Shown here piece by piece: positions 4,274 to 10,975 of a DNA stretch of 10,975 nucleotides. The translations under genes and the position numbers were made by a program. Numbering within the stretch: position 1 is the stretch's first letter; each line of letters starts with the position of its first letter. Source of the stretch: a virus (Duplodnaviria; Heunggongvirae; Uroviricota; Caudoviricetes); the IMG/VR virus record IMGVR_UViG_3300026549_000070. One strand, written 5' to 3'. The notes under the pieces were generated by a model. It worked only from the letters and a program-made list of their open reading frames with translations. It had not been told where the DNA came from and made no database searches.

Positions 4274-4393
4274 ATAGGCAAAAGTTGTTCCTATTATCGT
4301 AAGTGGGTTCGACTCCCACCATCAGGATTTCCTGATGAGGTGAAACGGTGACACACGAGACTTAAAATCTTGCACCATTTACAACAGGCCTAT
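4274..4393 (+). ncRNA. Circularly permuted tRNA-Leu(TAA) inside a Y-RNA-like closing stem (element 3)
   Basis: T-arm 4303-4319, acceptor 3' strand CATCAGG 4320-4326, A-TTT, acceptor 5' strand CCTGATG 4331-4337, D-arm, CGAGA-CTTAAAA-TCTTG 4356-4372; flanks pair ATAGGC/GCCTAT and GTTGT/ACAAC. Confidence 0.75.
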
Positions 4394-4398
4394 TTTAT

Positions 4399-4478
4399 GC
4401 AAGTGTAGCCAGTCCTGTCTACGAAACAGGTATCTGTAGTTGGAGCTGTAAACGCAGGTTCGATTCCTGTCACTTGCA
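4399..4478 (+). tRNA. tRNA-Arg(ACG)-like lacking a D-arm, with a 23-nt variable region
   Basis: GCAAGTG/CACTTGC; only TAGCCAGT before CCTGT-CTACGAA-ACAGG; T-arm GCAGG-TTCGATT-CCTGT. Confidence 0.75.
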
Positions 4479-4484
4479 CTTCTT

Positions 4485-4569
4485 GGTTAGATGCGCGAGT
4501 GGTTGATGCGGCTTCCCTGCTAAGGAAGAGTACCTTCGGGTATCGCGGGTTCGAATCCCGCTCTAACCG
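4485..4569 (+). tRNA. trnS: tRNA-Ser(GCT)
   Basis: GGTTAGA/TCTAACC; CTTCC-CTGCTAA-GGAAG; variable arm TACC-TTCG-GGTA; G73. Confidence 0.93.
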
Positions 4570-4579
4570 CTTCCGTCAT

Positions 4580-4605
4580 AGGTTGCTTTTTAGCAACCTT
4601 TTTTT
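4580..4605 (+). terminator. Intrinsic terminator ending the tRNA array
   Basis: AGGTTGCT-TTTT-AGCAACCT followed by a T-run. Confidence 0.85.
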
Positions 4606-4619
4606 GTTAATATCCAACT

Positions 4620-5186
4620 ATGGATAAAAACACAATTATTGTAAATCTTTTCGCTGGCCCAGGCGCAGGAAAATCTACAGGCGCCGCTTATGTTTTTGCA
4701 AAACTTAAACTTGCGGGAATTGATTGTGAATATGTTTCTGAGTTTGCAAAAGACAAAGTTTGGGAAAACAACTCTGAAGTTTTCAAAAATCAATTTTACA
4801 TTACAGGTAAACAGTCATTCAAAATAAGTAGATGCTTTGGTAAAGTCGATGTAATCATTACCGACAGTCCAATTGCTCTTGGTGCATTGTACGCAAAAGA
4901 AGATCAGCCGATGTTAAAAGCTGCTTCACTTGAAGAGTTTGAAAGATACCATCGTAACAACTTCAACTTTGTTATCAATCGCGTGAAGCCTTATAATCCT
5001 AACGGAAGAAATCAAACAGAAGACGAGGCTAAAGAAATAGATGGAAAAACATCCAAGTTTCTCGAATCCCACAAAATCCCGTTTGTTGTCGTTAATGGCA
5101 ACGAAAAAGGATATGATGAAATTGTCAGAATTGTAAAAGACGGACTGAAGTTCGACTATGAAAAGAATCATCCACTTTTTGCATAA
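4620..5186 (+). CDS. P-loop NTPase/kinase (NadR/Ttd14-like AAA family)
   Basis: Walker A AGPGAGKS after hydrophobic strand IIVNLF; EFAKD; VIITDSP. Confidence 0.8.
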   Translation: MDKNTIIVNLFAGPGAGKSTGAAYVFAKLKLAGIDCEYVSEFAKDKVWENNSEVFKNQFYITGKQSFKISRCFGKVDVIITDSPIALGALYAKEDQPMLKAASLEEFERYHRNNFNFVINRVKPYNPNGRNQTEDEAKEIDGKTSKFLESHKIPFVVVNGNEKGYDEIVRIVKDGLKFDYEKNHPLFA

Positions 5187-5240
5187 TTTTTGAACTTTCC
5201 GTGCAGGTCTTTTATATTATTTTTGTAACGGAGGTTCAAA

Positions 5241-6629
5241 TTGACAAAGCAGGAAATTATCAAAAAAGTTATTACACCTATCGAAAATGCTGGTTTCAAG
5301 GCCTACTTTGTCGGCGGTTGCGTTCGTGATGAACTGACTGGAAGAACTCCTCACGACTATGATATTTCAACAAATGCAACACCTGATGAGATCAACAAAA
5401 TCTTTGGTGTTACAGAAACAAGAAAAGCAAATTTGTACGGAGTTGCAATGCCAATCATCAATGGTGAACAGATTGAAATTGCAACTTGGCGTTCAGACCT
5501 GACAAGAGGCCGCCATCCGACAATCAAGTTTTCAAACAAAATTGAAGACGATGCTTTCCGCAGAGACTTTACAGTAAACTCTCTGTATGAAGACAAAGAT
5601 GGAAACATTATCGACCCAACAGGTTGTGGCATTGCTGACATCAAATCAAACACATTAAGTTTTGTTGGAAACGCAGTTGACCGCATCACTGAAGACCCTT
5701 TAAGAATCTTCCGATATGTTCGCTTTGTTGCTTCAAAAGGTTTCAAGGCAAATGAAAATGATGTTGCTGCAATCGAGGCACACATCAACAAAATAACACC
5801 TGAGGTTGCTTTTGCTGATGTTTCTGTTGAAAGACAGTGTGCTGAGTTAATCAAAACTTTTGGCAGCAAAGACTTCACAATGGAAGTTTTTGAAATTATG
5901 AGAAGAATGGGTATCTTCGATGCAATTCATTTAACTGAGATTTTTGAAGATATGAAAACTTGTGAGCAGAATCCAAAATGGCACAGTGAAGGAAATGTTT
6001 TCAACCACACAATGCTGGTTGTGAAAGCAGCAGTTGCTCGTGCTCCTAAAATTGAAAATGAAATTGATCGTTTCGTTTTCATTATGGGTGCAATTCTGCA
6101 CGACTGTGGAAAACCTGCTTCAGGCCGCAAAAACGGCTTAAGCAAGAATGGTTTCCCTGCAGTTAAAGATCACGCAGAAGTTGGTGCTCCTATTGCTTTC
6201 AAGTTCCTGAGAGACTTAAGGTTAGATTGTGCAACTGCTCATCGTATTGAAGGCTTAGTTGCAAATCATATGAAGATGCATCAGTTAGGTCTGCTGGACA
6301 AAAAGTTTGCAATTATGAGCATTCTGAATCTGCCTGACTTCAACTTACTGTGCGAACTGTGCAGAAGCGACAGTGACGGTTGTATCAAAACTGCAGCTGA
6401 CGATGAAGAGATGCCTTTAGACGAAGCTCTGGCTTCTCCAAAAATTGCAAGCTTAATTGGTCAGCCAATTCCTGCACCTATTGTAACTGGTGATGATCTG
6501 ATTGCTTTAGGTTTCAAGCCAAGCGAAAAGTTCCGCAAGGCTCTAGAAGTTGCCCATAAAGATCAGGTAAACAACGGAAAAACTGATAAGGCAATTCTGA
6601 TTGCAAACATTAAAAATATGTTAAAGTAG
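5241..6629 (+). CDS. cca: tRNA nucleotidyltransferase (class II CCA-adding enzyme) with HD domain
   Basis: YFVGGCVRDEL..DYD; RRDFTVN; EDPLRIFR; HD region WHSEGNVFNHT..LHDCGK; TTG start with GGAGG RBS. Confidence 0.92.
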   Translation: MTKQEIIKKVITPIENAGFKAYFVGGCVRDELTGRTPHDYDISTNATPDEINKIFGVTETRKANLYGVAMPIINGEQIEIATWRSDLTRGRHPTIKFSNKIEDDAFRRDFTVNSLYEDKDGNIIDPTGCGIADIKSNTLSFVGNAVDRITEDPLRIFRYVRFVASKGFKANENDVAAIEAHINKITPEVAFADVSVERQCAELIKTFGSKDFTMEVFEIMRRMGIFDAIHLTEIFEDMKTCEQNPKWHSEGNVFNHTMLVVKAAVARAPKIENEIDRFVFIMGAILHDCGKPASGRKNGLSKNGFPAVKDHAEVGAPIAFKFLRDLRLDCATAHRIEGLVANHMKMHQLGLLDKKFAIMSILNLPDFNLLCELCRSDSDGCIKTAADDEEMPLDEALASPKIASLIGQPIPAPIVTGDDLIALGFKPSEKFRKALEVAHKDQVNNGKTDKAILIANIKNMLK

Positions 6630-6632
6630 AAT

Positions 6633-6659
6633 AAGGTGGGCATCAAGCCCACCTTTTTT
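6633..6659. terminator. Terminator between convergent genes, possibly bidirectional
   Basis: AAGGTGGGC-ATCAA-GCCCACCTT-TTTT. Confidence 0.85.
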
Positions 6660-7473
6660 ATACTGTTGCTACTGCGTGACTAAATGTATGCGCCCACTTA
6701 ATTTTTTCTGAGTTGTAAGGCTTTACTGAAGCAATAACTCTTTCCCAAGGAACAATCAAATCATTACCGCCATTTGGTGCATCATATTTATTTGTTTTTG
6801 GATTGTACTTACCCCAAGGATCATCAATAATAATTGACACAGGAGTGGTTTCAGGAAGCTCTTCCAAGTTTTCTTTTCTAAACTCAACACCTTTTTCCCA
6901 TTCAGCTTTACTATACTGAACACCTGTTACACAAACAATATGACCAAAGCCGCCGAAGTTTGTTGAGATTACCATAGGCAGGTTGTCCTCTACCATATAA
7001 CGCCAAAGCGCTTTTTTGAAATTAACTTTCTGTGAAAAGTGAGTTGCATTTGTTCCAATCCATTCATTTGTGCCTAATGACAAATAGTCGTGAAGCTCGG
7101 TAGGAAAATACATTGCGTCAAGTTCTGCTTTATTACAACTTCCATCTAATGATTTAATAAACAAGTTGTACATCGCAGGCTGCCGCTTCTTAAACTCAGC
7201 AAGAATTGTTGGTGATGTTAAGATATGTAAGCCAAGGTTGTCTTCAGGTTGTTTATACTTTCCTGATGGAAAAATGAATCCTGAATATTGAGCCCCCATG
7301 ATCATTGATGTTACATTACACATATTCTTCCAAGATATTCGATATTGTGCTTTCGGTTTTGCTGTTTCTGATGGCCAAATGAGTTCGTTGTTTCTTTGTG
7401 ATGAATTGATGATTTCGTGCCCATCTTTATCTTTGTCACATTCAAATGTAACAATTCCATTTTTCTCTAACAT
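6658..7473 (-). CDS. C39-like cysteine peptidase
   Basis: Cys in KNMCNVTSM, His in FGHIVCVTG, Asp in IIIDDPWG; GGAGG RBS on the - strand. Confidence 0.75.
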   Translation of the reverse strand: MLEKNGIVTFECDKDKDGHEIINSSQRNNELIWPSETAKPKAQYRISWKNMCNVTSMIMGAQYSGFIFPSGKYKQPEDNLGLHILTSPTILAEFKKRQPAMYNLFIKSLDGSCNKAELDAMYFPTELHDYLSLGTNEWIGTNATHFSQKVNFKKALWRYMVEDNLPMVISTNFGGFGHIVCVTGVQYSKAEWEKGVEFRKENLEELPETTPVSIIIDDPWGKYNPKTNKYDAPNGGNDLIVPWERVIASVKPYNSEKIKWAHTFSHAVATV

Positions 7474-7496
7474 TATATCCTCCGTTAAAAGTTAGT

Positions 7497-8006
7497 ATGA
7501 CTAAATATATTATGAATGAAAGCTTATTCAAACTTATTGAAGGCGAAGAAGAGAAGTATGTTCTTTCAAATGATGGAAAGGAAATATCTTGTGCTTTAAT
7601 AATTCAAAATGAAGCAGGTGAAATACTTGCTTGTCACTCTACAGGAAAAGGTTGGGGTAAGACAACTTACGACTTACCAAAAGGACATTTGAACACTTCT
7701 GATGCAGAAGCAGTAGACGCAGCAATTCGTGAATGTCGTGAAGAGACTGGTTTTGATGTATCTCAATTCAAAGATAAGATTGAGGATCTTGGCGAGTTCA
7801 AGTACACATCTTATAAAAACATCCACTTGTTCAGATTGGTTACTGAAATCCCAGATCTTAAAACATTACATTGTGACTCAACATTTACAGATGGTTATGG
7901 AAGAGAAAGACCTGAAGTAAATGGTTTTGCAAAAGTAAAACTAAGTGAGCTTGACTGGTTCTTCAAGTCAATTCAAAAAGTACTTAGTGAGGCAGGTATC
8001 AAATAA
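7497..8006 (+). CDS. Nudix hydrolase
   Basis: PKG...AAIRECREETGF Nudix box. Confidence 0.9.
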   Translation: MTKYIMNESLFKLIEGEEEKYVLSNDGKEISCALIIQNEAGEILACHSTGKGWGKTTYDLPKGHLNTSDAEAVDAAIRECREETGFDVSQFKDKIEDLGEFKYTSYKNIHLFRLVTEIPDLKTLHCDSTFTDGYGRERPEVNGFAKVKLSELDWFFKSIQKVLSEAGIK

Positions 8007-8431
8007 TGAATTTTAAGTTTTTCAATACTTGTGAGGAGTTTCTTACATATTATTTTGAACAGGGTCTGACAACTTGCTTTGAACTTGTTATGGAGCAGTT
8101 TGAAAAAGACCCTTGTTATCTTGATGATGAATGGATAAAGTGGTGTGTTGCTGAATACGAAACAGAAGATGGTGTAGTTCCTATGGCTGTTATCGGATTC
8201 CGCAAAGAAGAATCTTTCAATTCTGATCATATTTCTTCTTTTGAAGTTAATATAGAATATCGTGGATTAGGATTTGGTTCTTTGATTTTGAATGAGTTCA
8301 TAAAAGAGTATTGTTCAATGCCGTATGTAACATTGTATGCAGAAGACAAGAATGAAGGCTTTTATACAAGACTCGGATTTGAAAAAGATACTGATGTAAG
8401 TCCATATTTCTACTTTAAAGAAAATGCATAG
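8006..8431 (+). CDS. GNAT-family acetyltransferase
   Basis: Motif A FEVNIEYRGLGFGS; NEGFYTRLGF; start overlaps the upstream stop. Confidence 0.82.
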   Translation: MNFKFFNTCEEFLTYYFEQGLTTCFELVMEQFEKDPCYLDDEWIKWCVAEYETEDGVVPMAVIGFRKEESFNSDHISSFEVNIEYRGLGFGSLILNEFIKEYCSMPYVTLYAEDKNEGFYTRLGFEKDTDVSPYFYFKENA

Positions 8432-8864
8432 AAGAAGTTCAGAAGACGCTGAATGGCAAAAGACAAAAGCAATCGTTGATGTTCGTGACCAGCGATTTTG
8501 CAGATGTTGTGCAATTCTTTTGCCATCGGAGGTTAAACAACAAGAAGAGTTAAGTCCGCCTTATCAAATGTTACAACAAATAGATCACGCACACGTTCTT
8601 CCTGTTGGCAATAATGTAACATTAACTTATGATACAACGAACGTTTATTGTATGTGCAGGTATCATCACTCCTGTATTGACAATCTTATTCACCCTTTAA
8701 CTAATAAGCCTATGACCCAAAATGAACAATGGTATTGGTGGGTTAGAGTTCGATATAGAAAAACTTGGCCATACGATGAAAATCTTGATTACGAAGATCT
8801 TTACAATGCAATGGCCAAACAAAAAGAGGACACCAAGAAAAAGGATGTAATGTCTTGGTGGTAA
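8424..8864 (+). CDS. HNH-like (zinc-binding) endonuclease-family protein
   Basis: VRDQRFCRCC; IDHAHV; NVYCMCRYHH. Confidence 0.7.
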   Translation: MHRRSSEDAEWQKTKAIVDVRDQRFCRCCAILLPSEVKQQEELSPPYQMLQQIDHAHVLPVGNNVTLTYDTTNVYCMCRYHHSCIDNLIHPLTNKPMTQNEQWYWWVRVRYRKTWPYDENLDYEDLYNAMAKQKEDTKKKDVMSWW

Positions 8865-8873
8865 GAGGTTAAA

Positions 8874-9692
8874 ATGTTTAGTAAAAATCTATGGGGTAAA
8901 AAGCCCACAGAGTTCCTAGGTTCTGTAAAAGCGCTCAAAATCGCTTGTGTTATTATTTGGGCTGCAGTCTTTTTGATGATTAGCTGCTTATGTTCAAAAG
9001 TTTATGCAAAGCAAAAAGTTCCGCCACAAACATCAATCGAAAAAGAACTTGATGAAAAGCCAACAAGAATTGTAATTCCTACAGTACTTGAGAAGTCGAT
9101 TGCGATATGTCAGGAAGAATATGCAGTTGATATTGCTCACGCAGTTAATCTTGCATCAGCTAAGTATCAAATACCTCATTATGTTATTTATGCAATTATT
9201 GCAACAGAAAGCGGTAAGCATAGAACTGAAGACATTACACCTTCAAATGTAATGATGGTAAATCATAAAGCAAGCTCTTGCTTTAACTGTAAAGGCTTAA
9301 TGCAAGTTTCTTCTTATGCTGTTGAAGATTATAATAAAGTACATAACACAAAGTACACTCTTGAAGATATGTACAACATTTATGTCAATATTGAAGTTGG
9401 TACTTGGTATTTCAGTCAATTCAGAACAGTTGCAACTTCTTGGACTGAAATGTACATAATTTATAATGTTGGCTATGGCTTCTACACAAAAAGAAATCCT
9501 TATTGGTTTTACGGTTGGAACGGTAATTGGTACAATAATTATCGCAACTCATTCTTCTTAATGAACGGAATGTTGCCGCCTGATGCAAGTTGTAATAAAG
9601 GCCTTTATGGTAAAAACAAGCTCCCAACTTACCGTCCAAAGGACAGATTTGAAAAATGTCTTGATCTTTGTTATCAACATTTCAACAACTAA
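8874..9692 (+). CDS. Lytic transglycosylase (SLT domain) with N-terminal membrane helix
   Basis: AIIATESG catalytic Glu; GLMQV; NIEVGTWY; IYNVG; hydrophobic residues ~23-45. Confidence 0.88.
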   Translation: MFSKNLWGKKPTEFLGSVKALKIACVIIWAAVFLMISCLCSKVYAKQKVPPQTSIEKELDEKPTRIVIPTVLEKSIAICQEEYAVDIAHAVNLASAKYQIPHYVIYAIIATESGKHRTEDITPSNVMMVNHKASSCFNCKGLMQVSSYAVEDYNKVHNTKYTLEDMYNIYVNIEVGTWYFSQFRTVATSWTEMYIIYNVGYGFYTKRNPYWFYGWNGNWYNNYRNSFFLMNGMLPPDASCNKGLYGKNKLPTYRPKDRFEKCLDLCYQHFNN

Positions 9693-9712
9693 TTAGATAA
9701 CGAGGATATGTA

Positions 9713-10780
9713 ATGATAGGACTTTCAAAGTATCAAGAGGGGCAAGAAGTTTCAGCTTATACAAAGAAAGATGAGATTTTTGAAGGATATGTAAAGTCTC
9801 GCAACGGCATTAAGTATGTTGTTAATAGCAACAACAAGGCAATAAAGTTGTCTGAACTTAAACTTGTTAAAAGAGTTGGACGCTTAATTAAAGAAGATAT
9901 AGAACAAAAGATTGGTGATATTCTTGGTGAATATGACCTTGCAGCAATCACTGACGCACACGATGAAGATAAAGTTTCAAAGGCTCTAGCTGACCAATTG
10001 CGCTCCATAGATAGTGATGCTCAAAAAGTTGATAACAATGAACTTCAGTCAACAATTAAAAGTAAGATTGTTGGACAGTCTCTTGAACAAGAAGTTGAAG
10101 CAGGTAATATTAAGCAGGACGATGCTCTTGAAAAGTACAAAAAAGAAAACAGCGACGAAGGTGATGACAGCAATAATGATAAGTTAGGTGAAAGTCTTAA
10201 TATTAAAGGTATTGCTCCTGAAAAGTTGTTTAATAACAAAAAGATCCAAGAAAAATTACTTAATGAGATGGAACTGGAGTTAGGGACTGATGCAGAGTAC
10301 TTACAGCCAACAACAGATTATGGAATGGGTCCTGACCATCGTGAAGATGCAGTTGAGGACTGTATGGATATGATTGAAAATGGCGAGCCTAAAGAAAAGA
10401 TTATTGACCGCTTGCAGACTGAGTTTGAAATTGCAAAAGAAGAAGCAGAAAATATGTACAATGATCTTTCGCAGGATGACCTCGACTGGGAAGATGATGA
10501 TGTAACAACTGAAGAACAGAATGATGAATATGACCTTTATGGAGTAACATATTCTGACATATCAAATGATGTTGACAATGAGTTTGAAGATGAGTTGAAT
10601 ACTTTATCTTATGATGAAATTGGCTTTGGTAATGAACTTGTTGAACATCTTGCAAGAAAGTTTGGTGGAGATGCTGCAAAAGCAATTCGTGAATCTGAAG
10701 ATACTCAGGGTGCAGTTCTCAATCTTGCTGAACAGGTAAAAATGATTAAAGTAAACTTAATAAGAAGTAAAAACAGATAA
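9713..10780 (+). CDS. Acidic hypothetical protein, 355 aa
   Basis: Long ORF with GAGG RBS; D/E-rich; no catalytic motif recognised. Confidence 0.8.
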   Translation: MIGLSKYQEGQEVSAYTKKDEIFEGYVKSRNGIKYVVNSNNKAIKLSELKLVKRVGRLIKEDIEQKIGDILGEYDLAAITDAHDEDKVSKALADQLRSIDSDAQKVDNNELQSTIKSKIVGQSLEQEVEAGNIKQDDALEKYKKENSDEGDDSNNDKLGESLNIKGIAPEKLFNNKKIQEKLLNEMELELGTDAEYLQPTTDYGMGPDHREDAVEDCMDMIENGEPKEKIIDRLQTEFEIAKEEAENMYNDLSQDDLDWEDDDVTTEEQNDEYDLYGVTYSDISNDVDNEFEDELNTLSYDEIGFGNELVEHLARKFGGDAAKAIRESEDTQGAVLNLAEQVKMIKVNLIRSKNR

Positions 10781-10803
10781 TTAAAAAGTCAGAATTAAAA
10801 AGT

Positions 10804-10829
10804 AAGGCAACCTAATGAAGGTTGCCTTT
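10804..10829 (+). terminator. Intrinsic terminator
   Basis: AAGGCAACCT-AATGA-AGGTTGCCTT-T. Confidence 0.8.
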
Positions 10830-10959
10830 ATTCAATGAAAAGCCTTTTTCTGGGTATAACTGGTACACGCGTGTTAATATATTATGTAGGTATTAAAGGA
10901 ACTAAGAAAGACTTTAGTATAAATAAGTCACTCGACTTAAACTACGTATGGAGGCTTAT

Positions 10960-10975
10960 ATGGCGAAAAAAATAA
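10960..10975 (+). CDS. Start of the next gene, truncated by the window edge
   Basis: GGAGG RBS at 10950-10954, then ATG GCG AAA AAA ATA. Confidence 0.5.

Noticed and set aside
4332-4345. CTGATGAG..GAAAC resembling a hammerhead ribozyme core
   Set aside because: Only 3 nt separate CUGAUGA and GAAA, leaving no room for stem II; the bases are fully explained as the acceptor and D-arm of the permuted tRNA-Leu.
1-4600. CRISPR array or tandem repeats
   Set aside because: The recurring short sequences are tRNA T-loops and the motifs described; there is no repeat-spacer periodicity.
4590-10685. Short alternative-frame or antisense ORFs inside the protein genes (e.g. 5357-5878, 7298-7495, 7729-7920, 9757-10008, 10401-10685)
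   Set aside because: Fully nested in well-supported genes, with compositions expected of shadow frames.
1-10975. Stop-codon reassignment (TAG or TGA)
   Set aside because: Recognisable proteins are full length under code 11, and TAG ends cca right before a terminator; the only CUA-like loop (119-125) is not in a canonical stem.

Overview
AT-rich segment that looks like part of a large (jumbo-type) phage genome. This is inferred from the tRNA array, the CCA enzyme, the SLT muralytic enzyme and the short hypothetical genes; no hallmark structural gene is visible. Bases 1-4600 hold a + strand array of 18 near-canonical tRNA genes plus several non-canonical tRNA-like or structured RNAs. No tRNA gene encodes its 3' CCA. 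Downstream are a P-loop ATPase/kinase, a CCA-adding enzyme with HD domain, a C39-like peptidase (- strand), a Nudix hydrolase, a GNAT, an HNH-like protein, a lytic transglycosylase and an acidic hypothetical protein. Main discovery candidate: two short ORFs missing from the supplied ORF track (44 aa and 42 aa). Each ends on an overlapping antiterminator/terminator pair directly upstream of a tRNA block, and their amino-acid content mirrors the downstream tRNAs. This suggests multi-codon ribosome-mediated attenuation of phage tRNA operons. Second candidate: three RNAs share a GGC-AWAA-GUU closing stem resembling Y RNA, and one of them encloses a complete circularly permuted tRNA-Leu(UAA). All RNA structures were folded by eye; no search or folding program was run.
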